A stretch of 64,000 bases of DNA from a virus (lineage: Duplodnaviria > Caudoviricetes): IMG/VR virus record IMGVR_UViG_2901966883_000003; one strand, given 5' to 3'. This document shows, piece after piece, positions 18,325 to 28,596 of the stretch. How positions within the stretch are numbered: position 1 is the stretch's first letter; every line of letters starts with the position of its first letter. Under the pieces are notes generated by a model. It saw only the letters and a program-made list of their open reading frames with translations. It did no database searches and was not told where the DNA came from. The position numbers and the translations under genes were made by a program.

Positions 18325-19368
18325 ATGAGCAACAAAATAGCCGACAAACAACGTGCAAAAGAAGCAAAGATGGCTGAGAGTATACATGATTTCCTAAAAA
18401 GTGACGAGATGATTAGGTCATTTGTATTCGATGAAGGTGATTATGATGAGGAAATATTGGCATTATTAAAAATGCAAGTGCTTGATGATGAAGGAAAAAT
18501 TGTAGATGGTGTTTACACTATTCTTACCGTAGAATATCTTAGCAATCTCAAAACAAACCTTAATATGCGTTTTGCTGGTATCTATAATGTCCAAAAAGAT
18601 GTATTATATATGGAATATTATAGAACTGTATTTAAACCATTAGATATATTTACGAGTAATGATTTTTGGGTAAAATGGACAAATGAAATTTCACGAAAAT
18701 TCGACTTTGAGCTTAAAAGAAAAGCGGTAGAGCGTGCCGCTGATATGTTTAAAGCTGGTAAGTGGAAAGAGGATTATAAAAACAAGAAAAAAGTTGAGAA
18801 AATAATCATGGATAGAACTGTTGCCGAAATAGTTCATGGTGAAATGGAACAAAGCCATAACGCTTTTAGGCAGTATTTCGGCGAATATTATCAGCCATCT
18901 GATAGACTTTTAGCGCTTGCGAGTGTTAATGAAGACTATGTCGACAATTATGTTGATAGATTATTGGACGAAAACACAAGTTTCGTGATAGAAGAACTAA
19001 AAGAAAAGATATATCAAGATTTGAAGGATAATTTCGTATTGAGTTTTGACTCTGAGAGAAATTTGAATATGTTTTCTGAGATTAATTCCAAGTTGAAGCG
19101 CAATGAAATAAAGAAAAGCTCAATGCTGGATATAATCTACGTAAATAATAAAGGCACAGAGGAGATTTTAAACAATATCAACCCAGAAATTTTCCAACAA
19201 TATTTTGAAACAAAACGGTTGTCAGATTTAGTAAACTATAATGTTCGCACCCTACCAGCTGACAAAGCAGATAAACTATGGAAAAATGAGATTAATATTA
19301 ATGATATCCAGAAACTTATTCTAAACGGTCAAGTCATTTGGACAAGATATAAGGCAGACATGGAATAG
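18325..19368 (+). CDS. hypothetical protein
   Basis: Long ORF, RBS, followed by terminator at 19375-19413. Confidence 0.8.
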   Translation: MSNKIADKQRAKEAKMAESIHDFLKSDEMIRSFVFDEGDYDEEILALLKMQVLDDEGKIVDGVYTILTVEYLSNLKTNLNMRFAGIYNVQKDVLYMEYYRTVFKPLDIFTSNDFWVKWTNEISRKFDFELKRKAVERAADMFKAGKWKEDYKNKKKVEKIIMDRTVAEIVHGEMEQSHNAFRQYFGEYYQPSDRLLALASVNEDYVDNYVDRLLDENTSFVIEELKEKIYQDLKDNFVLSFDSERNLNMFSEINSKLKRNEIKKSSMLDIIYVNNKGTEEILNNINPEIFQQYFETKRLSDLVNYNVRTLPADKADKLWKNEININDIQKLILNGQVIWTRYKADME

Positions 19369-19506
19369 TAACCCTAGAATAGTCATGATTTTTCGTGATT
19401 ATTCTATTTTTTTTGAAAAAATTTGGCAAAAATGTCCTAAAAAAGTGTATATATTACACATAACTTTGCAAAGTATATAGAAGGAGGGTTTGCTTACTTC
19501 CAATAA

Positions 19507-19520
19507 TGTAAGCGTTTCCA
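19507..19520. promoter_or_regulatory. cre-like (CcpA) site
   Basis: TGTAAGCGTTTCCA; similar sites at 27938, 36040, 46332. Confidence 0.6.
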
Positions 19521-19575
19521 ATAATAATTAAAGTGCCTCACGAGAGAGTGTGAGAGCGAGAAAGAGGTAAATTTT

Positions 19576-19854
19576 ATGTCAGTAGAAACATTAAATAAAG
19601 CAGATTTTGTAGCTAAGTTAGCTCAAGATAACCAAATTACAAAGAAAGTTGCAGCAGAAGCATTAGAAATCGTTATTTCTGGTGTTAAAGATGTTTTAGC
19701 GGAAAACAAGACATTACGCTTAACAGGTTTTGCAACTTTTGAAACAGTATACCAAGAAGAACATGAACGTAAGTTAGGCTTCACAGGTGAAACTGTTACA
19801 GTACCAGCTGGTTATCGTCATAAAGTTAAGTTAGCTGAAAAGTTGAAGAAATAA
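19576..19854 (+). CDS. hup: HU-family histone-like DNA-binding protein
   Basis: LNKADFVAKLA...LRLTGFATFE...TGETVTVPA. Confidence 0.9.
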   Translation: MSVETLNKADFVAKLAQDNQITKKVAAEALEIVISGVKDVLAENKTLRLTGFATFETVYQEEHERKLGFTGETVTVPAGYRHKVKLAEKLKK

Positions 19855-20095
19855 GAATACTTGAAAATACTCCTTTATCTTATGGCTACAACATAGCATG
19901 AGATAAGAAAACCAACGTGAGAGCTGTGAGAGGGTTTAGGGTTCAAATCATAGCCATATTTAATATATCGCAGTCCTTCTGCGATTTCATGAGCATAGAC
20001 CAGTAGTTGAAGACACCTCCTTTTAAATAAAAACAGCTTAGCAATTAACTGGATTCTATGTTTTTGAAATCGTAGAAGAAAGGAGAAGAGAATAT

Positions 20096-20284
20096 TTGAA
20101 AGAAATTATTCAGCTCCGTTGCGACATTAAGAAAATTATGAATAAAATATCAGTTTTAGCAAATAAGGCTGACTTAGATATTCATGATATGGCAGACCTA
20201 GAACGTTACGCAAAAACTTTGAATAACCTAGTAAATGCACTACATACATTAGAATTGAGAGAGAGTGATAGCTATGGCGAATAG
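20096..20284 (+). CDS. small hypothetical protein
   Basis: AAAGGAG RBS, TTG start. Confidence 0.6.
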   Translation: MKEIIQLRCDIKKIMNKISVLANKADLDIHDMADLERYAKTLNNLVNALHTLELRESDSYGE

Positions 20285-21062
20285 AGAAGGTATATGCGTA
20301 TTCTGCCACAATAAAAAGAGTTTGATTGATAGCAACAATACTCTTTTATCTGAAAATGGTTTCGGAGTTTGTCGAAGTTGTTCAAATCGAAATGTTGAAC
20401 TAGAAAACAAACAATCATTTATTGATATGTGTCTTCTACTCAACATGCCTTTCTTGATTGACAAATACGAAAATACGGTAGAAAGCGGAAAGAAAAATGT
20501 AGCATGGTCTACTTACAAATCACGCATTAGCAAGGTTTGGACGGATGGCTTTGCTAGTTCCATTTTTGAATACGAAGACCAAGATAAACAAGAAGGATTC
20601 GTAATAACTGATGAAATGAAAGCTCGTTGGGGTACGGGCTATGAAACTAGCGAAATTGAAGTTTTGGAATTGTCACTACGAAACCTTTATGCAATTAAAG
20701 AACCAGCAACCAAGTTTGAGGTTGAAAAATACATCTCCAATGTCAAGTTAAAGATTGCTTTAGATAGAGCGTTTGAAGAAAATGATGTGAAGGCTATCCC
20801 AGCGTTACGTAAAGCGTACGAAGATGATTGTAAGACATTGGGACTAGAGGCAGTATTAAATACCAAAGAAGATAAGATTGAAAGCGTGGGCGAAAGCATT
20901 AGACACTGGGAAGCAACAAAGCCTGTTCCTACTCGTAAAGAGTATGAAGACGTAGATGGATATGCCGAATACTTAACTAAGTGGTATATCACCCCACTCA
21001 AACGCAACTTCGGTATGGCAAGCGAAGAAGAGGTGAATGAATTGTATGCAGGGACAGAGTAG
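20265..21062 (+). CDS. zinc-finger protein upstream of terminase (possible small subunit, SPbeta YonG-like position)
   Basis: CVFC...CRSC; overlaps the start of terL. Confidence 0.55.
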   Translation: MIAMANREGICVFCHNKKSLIDSNNTLLSENGFGVCRSCSNRNVELENKQSFIDMCLLLNMPFLIDKYENTVESGKKNVAWSTYKSRISKVWTDGFASSIFEYEDQDKQEGFVITDEMKARWGTGYETSEIEVLELSLRNLYAIKEPATKFEVEKYISNVKLKIALDRAFEENDVKAIPALRKAYEDDCKTLGLEAVLNTKEDKIESVGESIRHWEATKPVPTRKEYEDVDGYAEYLTKWYITPLKRNFGMASEEEVNELYAGTE

Positions 21063-23331
21063 TTATCTCCAAAAGAAAGCCGAAAATTTCGCTGAATGGA
21101 TAGGTTTTTACAGACAAAACCCACATCGTTTCATGGAAGACTATTTTGGTACTCATCTGCATCCATTTCAACGTTTCTTATTCTATATGATGAATAAGGA
21201 CGATAAATTTATGTATATCGCAGCACGTGGTCGATTTGGTCGTCTAGTCAAGTAATTGGTTAGATTATTAGTGCGAAATTAAGCTGGAAACCTAAGTCGA
21301 AAGATATGGTAATCAGAACCGAAGGCTAGTTTTAAAAGACTAGACAGGGGCAGAGCATAGCAACTGAAACTCACTGAGAATATAATGTTGCCACGAGGTC
21401 GCACCACCCTAGCAAGTCAAGTTGTGGGTGAAAAGATATGCCATTCCTAGTCGAAAGATTAGGGCTGAGAGATAAAAAACTCTCAAGCTCATATGAGTAA
21501 ATAGCAAGGTGAATTGATTTGCCTAGTTTAGTAGAAATATTAAACCGTAATCGCAATAGAAAACTGGAAGCCTAAGTCATTTGATAAGGTAATCAGAGTG
21601 GAAGGTTAAAGGTAATATGTTAACCACACGCAGAGCATAGTGGCTGAAACTTGTAAAAGAATATAATGCCACCAAGAGATTGCGACATCTAAACAAGTTA
21701 AGTTGTAGATGAAAAGATATGCCGAACTTATAGGAAACTATAAGAAATAAGAGATAAAAAGCTCTTATGGTAACAAACTGAAATCGTTCTTGATTGCGTG
21801 GTATTGCATTGTTCGCTGTGTTTTATATCCAGGAACGAACATTGCACTTGCCGCTGGTACAAAAGGACAGGCTGCAAAAATAATATCTGAAAAGATTGAC
21901 AAATTCTATGATGAAAATGCAGCGTTGCGATTTGAAATAGGGAATAGACGAGATAATATCAAAACAAGTTATAACGAAGCATACGTTAAGTTTAAAAACG
22001 GTTCTAAGATACAAGCTGTAACTTCTAACGATAATTCACGTGGTATTCGTGCCAATATCTTAATTGTTGATGAGTTCCGTATGGTTAACAAAACAGTATT
22101 AGACAAGGTTTTAAAGCCATTCTTGAACGTAGTTAGACAACCAAGATATTTAACTTTGCCAGAATACAAAGATTATCCAAAAGAAGAAAACAAGCAGATT
22201 TATATTTCATCTGCATGGTGGAAATCACATTGGTCTTGGGACGAATTTCAAGCATATTTAAAGAAAATGCTTAAAGGCGACAAATATTTCGTAGCAGATT
22301 TGCCATATCAGTTATCAATACATCATGGTTTGTTAACAAAACAGATTGTTAATGATGAAAGAACCAGTGATAGTTTCGACCAAAATGGTTTTGATATGGA
22401 ATATGAGGCTATATTTGTTGGTGAAAATGACAAGGCTTACTTCAAATTAGACAAGTTAAATAAGATTAGAACATTAAATAAGGCTTTTATTCCACCTACA
22501 AGTCGAGAATATTTAGAGAATAAGAACTTATCACAACCTAAAAAGTTGTCAAATATGCCTAAACGTAGGGATATTGATGAAATAAGAATTATCTCACTAG
22601 ATATTGCTCTTATGGGTGGTAATAAAAACGTTAAAAATGATACTTCCGCATTTACATGTTTCAGATTAATAAGAGATGGTGATAGCTATCGTAGAGAGGT
22701 TGTTTACCTTGAAAGTATTAACGATAGTATCTCCAGTCAGAATTTAGCTATTAGATTGAAACAACTATATAACGACTTCCAAGCCGATTATGTAGTAATG
22801 GACGCAAACGGAAATGGTTTAGGTGTTTTTGACGCATGTGCAACAGTTCTACACGACCAAGAACGTGATGAAGATTATCCAGCTTGGGCAAGTATGAACG
22901 ATGAAGCAACTAATGAACGTACAAAAACACATGGTTTACCTATTGTATATACGGTTAAGGCTTCCGCAGCATTTAACAATGAAATTGCTCAATCACTAAA
23001 TTCAGCTATTGAAAGTGGGAAATTGAGATTACCAATTAACCACATTGAAAAGCGTGAAGATTTAGTTAACTCTGGTGGTTTCTTAAAGAAGTCAGTAGAG
23101 GAGCAACAAAAAGAATTGTATTCATTTAACCAAGCAACAGCTCTAGTTAATGAGTTGGTTAACCTAGAATACGAGGTGCGTGAAGGTAAAATCCGTATCA
23201 AAGAAGTAGGTACAACAACAAAAGATAGATATAGTTCTATCGCATACGGTAACTTCTATGCTAATGAGTTGGAAAAAGATTTGAGAGCAGAAGAAGCTAG
23301 TCGTAATTTATTGGATTTTATATTTGTATAA
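21037..23331 (+). CDS. terL: terminase large subunit; three exons 21037-21231, 21505-21510, 21781-23331 (583 aa spliced)
   Basis: Splicing restores Walker A IAARG-QG-KSFLIAW; Walker B LIVDEF; nuclease-domain acidic motifs SLDIA, MDANG, KDRYS; start may be ATG 21046. Confidence 0.92.
21232..21504 (+). ncRNA. group I intron 1 (273 nt, no ORF)
   Basis: Exon ends in U, intron ends in G; P3 GTGCGA/TCGCAC; P7 GAGCATA/TATGCC; Q-like GGTAATCAG. Confidence 0.88.
21511..21780 (+). ncRNA. group I intron 2 (270 nt, no ORF)
   Basis: U|...G boundaries; IGS GATTT-GCCT pairs the 3' exon AAATC and the 5' exon AGGT; P3 TCGCAAT/ATTGCGA; P7 GAGCATA/TATGCC. Confidence 0.9.
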
Positions 23332-23344
23332 GGTAGGTGAAGAT

Positions 23345-24832
23345 GTGAGAGGACAAAGAAAAAAGCCAAGACGTAATTTTAGAGCTAACCAAGCAAAACG
23401 TGAAGAATTTGCAAATATTGTAGCTGACCCTAAAGCTGGGTTAAAACCTACAACCACTGGAGCTACTGAAAAGAGTAACGTTGCTACTTATCTGCAACGA
23501 CCATATGATAATGCACCACAGATAGCTGCGACTATCCGAGATAGTGTTAATAAGTATGGTGTTTTGGCTAAAGTAATTGATTACTATCAATCATTACCCA
23601 CATACAATTTCGCAATTAAACCTATCTTAGGTAATAAAGTCTATGACATAGACACAGTGAACATGCGTAATGATTATATAGATATTGCATACGCATTAGA
23701 ACAATACAATATCAAGTATTACGCACCAATATTCTTTAGGGACACACTTATAGAAGGAGTTACTTTCTACTACAAAATAGAAGACTCAGACGGAATATCA
23801 TTTATGAAGTTTCCTATTGAATGGTGCAAAATTCGTGGTATTGAAAATGGTGTTTATCGCTTTATGATAGACGTCACAAAATTCAAACAAGACTTTTTAA
23901 CAACATTACCAGAAGAATTGCAAACAGCTTATGAGCAATATCAAAATGGTAATGCAACTGATGAAAACTCTTGGTACAACAACAGATATTACTTTGTATC
24001 AGAAAAAGGTGTGGCATTTACATTTGACTCTAGTGCATTAGATTATGGTGGCTTAGCAGTTTCACCGTTTGCTGGTGTATTGCTAGATATTATGTCTGTG
24101 GCACAAGCTAAAAACAACGTCGATATTAAAGATGGTATTGACACCACTCGTATTTTACATTCTAAAATTCCAGTCGATAATGACGGTCGTATTCTTATGA
24201 CAGCTAAGGAAGCTAAAGTTTACGACAGTGCAATTCGTTCAAGACTTCCAAAGGGTGTAGTCAATGTTACAACCCCTACTAAATTGGAAAACGTTCCTTT
24301 AACCAATTCTGGTAATACAAATGCTCTTGATACAGTTAAAAAATCAACCGAGCAACTATTCTTTGATGTTGGTACACCAGCCCCATTATTCGGTGGCGAT
24401 ACAACAAGTGCCAACATTGTCAAAACTTCCATTCAAAAAGACGCAAATTGGGTTTATACAAACCTATTCCCATTATTAGAGAACTATTACAACAGTGAAA
24501 TAGCACAAGTTAAGACAAAAGGTAAGGTTAAGTGGGCTATTAAGTTCGTAAGACAAACAACTTTCACCTTAAAAGATGATGTGGCATTACAAAAAGACCA
24601 GTTGTCTTATGGTGGTTCACGCTTGAATTACCTTGCTGCTAATGGTTTCTCACCTTCTGAAATAGTTTCCCAATTAAGTTTTGAACAACAAGCACTAGGT
24701 ATTGACGATTTGATGATTGTAAAACCAACATCTAACACAATCTCGGCTAATGAAGTGAGTGAGCAGGGTCGAGGTAGACCAGAAACGGATAATCCGACTG
24801 ATGATACTGATAGGTTAGATGGCGAGAAATGA
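23345..24832 (+). CDS. portal protein
   Basis: ~495 aa directly after terL; C-terminal GRP motif; GTG start after AGGTAGGTG. Confidence 0.8.
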   Translation: MRGQRKKPRRNFRANQAKREEFANIVADPKAGLKPTTTGATEKSNVATYLQRPYDNAPQIAATIRDSVNKYGVLAKVIDYYQSLPTYNFAIKPILGNKVYDIDTVNMRNDYIDIAYALEQYNIKYYAPIFFRDTLIEGVTFYYKIEDSDGISFMKFPIEWCKIRGIENGVYRFMIDVTKFKQDFLTTLPEELQTAYEQYQNGNATDENSWYNNRYYFVSEKGVAFTFDSSALDYGGLAVSPFAGVLLDIMSVAQAKNNVDIKDGIDTTRILHSKIPVDNDGRILMTAKEAKVYDSAIRSRLPKGVVNVTTPTKLENVPLTNSGNTNALDTVKKSTEQLFFDVGTPAPLFGGDTTSANIVKTSIQKDANWVYTNLFPLLENYYNSEIAQVKTKGKVKWAIKFVRQTTFTLKDDVALQKDQLSYGGSRLNYLAANGFSPSEIVSQLSFEQQALGIDDLMIVKPTSNTISANEVSEQGRGRPETDNPTDDTDRLDGEK

Positions 24833-24856
24833 TAGTGGAGAAAAGGAAAGTTAGAA

Positions 24857-26452
24857 ATGATTAGATTAAAAAACATTAACCTTCCCACTCACTTTGAAAT
24901 TGGTGAGGTTGAGCCCGATACCAGATTTCAAAAGGTTAAAATCTATATCGCTCATACAGGGGAGAACCTTAATAATTCAGTCTTTTCAAAAGAAGTATTA
25001 GAAAAGATGAGCCCTACTCTAGCTCATGTTCCTATCTTAGGTGTTATCGGCAAAAACGGTAATGATGAAGATGATTTTAGAGGACATGGCAAAGAGATTA
25101 CATGGAACGGTCATGACATAGAAATCAATTTTAAGACCAATGCTTATGGTTTTATCGGCGAAGACCACAATGCTCACTTTGAAGTAACGGGTGGCAAGGA
25201 ATGGTTGGTAGCAGATGGTTATCTATGGACTAGATTTGATGAAGTTATGGAATTGTTTGAAAACTCAAATGGTTCTAAAGGTCAATCTATGGAAATTATT
25301 GACACTGACGGATATATAGACAATCAAGGACGTGTAGTTTTTGAAGATGGCAAGTTTGCTGGTTTATGTATCTTGGGTGATGATGTTCCACCAGCTATGA
25401 CAGGTTCAACAATCTCAACAGAGTTTGAAAGAAATAAAATTAAAGAAACAATCAAAACCATGATGGCTGAATTTGCAGCCCAGAAAGGAGAAATGGTCTT
25501 GGCTGAAAGCAACAAGAAGGAAAACAACGAAGAAGTTGTTGAAGACACAGAAAAGCACGAAGAAAAAACAGCTGAAAAAGAAACAGTTGAAAAAGAACCA
25601 GCAAAGGCTGATGTTGGTGGCAAGTCTGAACTAGAACCCAAAGATGATGGCGAAGAAAAAGATAGTCATGACTCTGGTACAGACGACCACGCAGAAATGT
25701 CCACAGAAGAACCTAAATCAGATGACGATAAAGATGAAAAAGAAGACGTTACTGATGAAGATGATGAGGATTTTTCATGTGGTGGTTCAAAGAGTAAGAA
25801 AAAGAAAGACTTTGCAGATGATGAAAAAGACCCAGAAGACACAGAAGATGAGGGTAGCGAAGATGATGAAAAAGAAAAAGGCAAGTCAGAATTTGAATTA
25901 TCTCTTAGAAATAAAATTGGTGCTGTTGAAAGTGCTGTGGACGCTGCAACAGATTATTGTGCGTCTGTAGTTGATGTATTTGATACACACGCAATCATTC
26001 GTTCATGGGGCGAAGATGACAAATACTACGACTATAACTACTCATTGAATGCTGATGGTTCAGTTAAATTGGGTGAATACACAGAAGTAGTTCCAACTTA
26101 TTTAACACTTGAAGAAGTGGCAAAAGTAGAAGCTCAACGTCAAGAAGTAGCAGCATTGCAAGCACGCTTGGCAGAACTTGAACAATATCAAGCTGACAAT
26201 GAAAAAGATAAAAAACAAAAAGAATTGGATAAATCCAAATCATTGATGAGCAAGGAAGCATACGAAAGTATTCAAAATAACTTCTCTGCTATGTCATTTG
26301 AAGACGTGCAAAAGGAAATTGCTCTTACTCTTTACAAGTCTGGAGCAAACTTTAGTGCAAATACAGAAAACAACAAAAAGGTAGCAGTACAAGCCCATAA
26401 CTTTAGTGAAGATTTTGGTTACGGTGCTGCAAACGCTTTATTCCATAATTAG
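24857..26452 (+). CDS. prohead protease/scaffold (SPbeta YonD-like)
   Basis: AHTGENLN...GQSMEI...GLCILG..PAM N-terminal domain; acidic and coiled-coil C-terminal half. Confidence 0.75.
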   Translation: MIRLKNINLPTHFEIGEVEPDTRFQKVKIYIAHTGENLNNSVFSKEVLEKMSPTLAHVPILGVIGKNGNDEDDFRGHGKEITWNGHDIEINFKTNAYGFIGEDHNAHFEVTGGKEWLVADGYLWTRFDEVMELFENSNGSKGQSMEIIDTDGYIDNQGRVVFEDGKFAGLCILGDDVPPAMTGSTISTEFERNKIKETIKTMMAEFAAQKGEMVLAESNKKENNEEVVEDTEKHEEKTAEKETVEKEPAKADVGGKSELEPKDDGEEKDSHDSGTDDHAEMSTEEPKSDDDKDEKEDVTDEDDEDFSCGGSKSKKKKDFADDEKDPEDTEDEGSEDDEKEKGKSEFELSLRNKIGAVESAVDAATDYCASVVDVFDTHAIIRSWGEDDKYYDYNYSLNADGSVKLGEYTEVVPTYLTLEEVAKVEAQRQEVAALQARLAELEQYQADNEKDKKQKELDKSKSLMSKEAYESIQNNFSAMSFEDVQKEIALTLYKSGANFSANTENNKKVAVQAHNFSEDFGYGAANALFHN

Positions 26453-26471
26453 AAAGGACAGAGTATTAAAT

Positions 26472-26918
26472 ATGGCACAAGTATTTTTAGATAGAGTAGC
26501 TGCAACAGCTCACGTAGAATCTATCGCAATCAAAGAAGAAGTTAAGCCAGGACAATTCTTCAAATTAGGTGTGTTAGACGCTGATGGAGAACGCCGCTTG
26601 GTAGAAAAAGCAACAGGAAATGCAGACGCAAATGTATTCTTAGCACCAGAAGTAATTAGCTATGGTGACCCACACTTTGACGTAGCAAACGTTACATTGA
26701 AAGACGGAGATACAGGACGTGCATACCACAAAGATGAAGGTACAATCATTTCTGTAACAGCAGACCTAGCTAAAGGTGTATCAGTTGGCGACCATGTTGA
26801 CGTTGGTGACGCTGGTTTAGGTTTCAAGAAAGCTTCATCTGGTAACGGTGTTGGTTTAGTAATCGGCAAAGAAAATCATGGTGTAGATGGCGAAGTATTC
26901 GTTATCGCATTTGGTTAA
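26472..26918 (+). CDS. capsid decoration or cement protein
   Basis: Between scaffold and capsid genes; ATG 26472 after AGAAAGG. Confidence 0.65.
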   Translation: MAQVFLDRVAATAHVESIAIKEEVKPGQFFKLGVLDADGERRLVEKATGNADANVFLAPEVISYGDPHFDVANVTLKDGDTGRAYHKDEGTIISVTADLAKGVSVGDHVDVGDAGLGFKKASSGNGVGLVIGKENHGVDGEVFVIAFG

Positions 26919-26940
26919 TGAAAGGTAGGAATTAGATTAT

Positions 26941-27933
26941 ATGGCAATCGAAATGAAAGATTTAGCAAAATTAGCTAAAGACGCTTATCATAATCGCAAC
27001 CTTGAATTTAACAACGTTTCTGCTTCTGACGCAATGCGTAACGCTGTTAAAGACGCTTTGGGTGGCGAATTTACATCAGTATCTTGGGGAAAGAACAAAT
27101 GGGAAGTATTTAGTATCTTACAAACAGCTTTAGATGTTGTTATCCCAGAACGTTTGAAGAACCAATTAGACGGTTTCGCAGACTACCGTACAGCTAACTT
27201 GGGCGACAAACCATTGTTCACATACAATGACCCTAAAGCAGTTCGTGTAGGACGTATCGCTGGTGGTGCAAACGACATGCGTAGACAAACAATTACAGGT
27301 CGTTCATTCACAATCGAAACAGAATGGTATGGAGCAGCTGTATATGCTGAATTTGAACAATTCATGGCTGGAGATATTGATTGGACAGACCTTGTAAATC
27401 GTGTCGCTGACGGTTTCGTATCATTTATCGAAGAACGTATTGCAGAAGGTTTGGAACAATCATACACACTATTAGGTGCAAACGACAAAATTGAAGGTAG
27501 CTTAACACTTGATGGTCTTGTTAAGTTAGCACAACGTATCAAGATTAAGTCTGGTGGTAAAGAAGTTGCTATCTATGGTACAGCTGCTGCATTAGCTAAA
27601 ATCGCTGCTTTAGACAATGTTCAATTATACAGTGGCGACATGAAGAACGAACTTAACCAAAAAGGTTACTTAGGAATGGTTCGTGGCTTGAAATTAATTG
27701 AAATTCCACAAGCATTTAAGACAAACTCAGATGAATTTGCTATTGGTGATGACAAAGTTATTGTATTACCAGCTGGCGAAAAGATTGTTGGTGTTGTTAC
27801 AGAAGGTACAACAGAAGTGTACGAAGCAGACCAAACATCTAACACATCTATGCAATTAGGATTTGCAACACGTAGAAAACTCGGTGTTGGAGTATTGCAA
27901 ATGCGTGTTTACGGTATGGCTAAATTAGCTTAA
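26941..27933 (+). CDS. major capsid protein
   Basis: 330 aa, position in head module, codon usage typical of highly expressed genes. Confidence 0.85.
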   Translation: MAIEMKDLAKLAKDAYHNRNLEFNNVSASDAMRNAVKDALGGEFTSVSWGKNKWEVFSILQTALDVVIPERLKNQLDGFADYRTANLGDKPLFTYNDPKAVRVGRIAGGANDMRRQTITGRSFTIETEWYGAAVYAEFEQFMAGDIDWTDLVNRVADGFVSFIEERIAEGLEQSYTLLGANDKIEGSLTLDGLVKLAQRIKIKSGGKEVAIYGTAAALAKIAALDNVQLYSGDMKNELNQKGYLGMVRGLKLIEIPQAFKTNSDEFAIGDDKVIVLPAGEKIVGVVTEGTTEVYEADQTSNTSMQLGFATRRKLGVGVLQMRVYGMAKLA

Positions 27934-27948
27934 TTATTGTAAGCGATT

Positions 27949-27979
27949 ACATGGTAAAGGTTCGACTCCTTTATCATGT
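27949..27979 (+). other. 12-bp hairpin capped by a tRNA T-loop
   Basis: ACATGGTAAAGG-TTCGACT-CCTTTATCATGT. Confidence 0.6.
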
Positions 27980-28022
27980 TTAGAGATTTTGGCAAAACTA
28001 AGAGATAGGAGAGTGAGCTGTT

Positions 28023-28580
28023 TTGGCTAGAAATCATGAAAGAAAAAAGAGAGTAAGAAAACAAATTCCAGCAGACGTAGAAGTCACTGTGGCAAATAAC
28101 ACAGATGGAATGTTTGAATATCAATCACCTAACAAGGTTTTAACCTTGAGCATGGAAAAATATGGTGATGAAGAATTTGTAAATTTTGAAGATTTACGTC
28201 AGTTAAAGAGGTATTTAGAAGACTTTTCATTAGTCATTGTGGACGTAAATTCTGATGAATATTCAGTTATTGATATTGCACGTAGTTTACGTGTGAACCG
28301 TAGTTATGAAGAATATTTTAAGTCTATTCTTGGACTTTCAGATGAAGAAATGGAAGAAGAATATGACATTGACCTAGAAGAACTTGACGACTTTATCAAA
28401 GATAGCACTTTGGAAGAATACAAGGTGCAATTAGAAGGTCGTATCAAGAAAACTATCATTGAACGTTCTGTTGCATTATATCGTGAAGGTGAATTAAACG
28501 ATTATAGTAAGCTACAAGCATTGAAAGCAACAAGACCAGTAGATGAACGAGAAACATTTCTGGACTATGTTAAAGGCTAA
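28023..28580 (+). CDS. head-module hypothetical protein
   Basis: ORF track; position after capsid gene. Confidence 0.75.
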   Translation: MARNHERKKRVRKQIPADVEVTVANNTDGMFEYQSPNKVLTLSMEKYGDEEFVNFEDLRQLKRYLEDFSLVIVDVNSDEYSVIDIARSLRVNRSYEEYFKSILGLSDEEMEEEYDIDLEELDDFIKDSTLEEYKVQLEGRIKKTIIERSVALYREGELNDYSKLQALKATRPVDERETFLDYVKG

Positions 28581-28596
28581 TCTTCCATTGGAAAGG

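Noticed and set aside
21371-21556. Minus-strand 61-aa ORF as an intron endonuclease
   Set aside because: Antisense to the intron cores, spans the micro-exon, and has no nuclease motif.
21037-21790. Terminase pseudogene, intein, or separate 72-aa gene
   Set aside because: The insert has an in-frame stop and group I intron hallmarks, and precise double splicing restores the P-loop.
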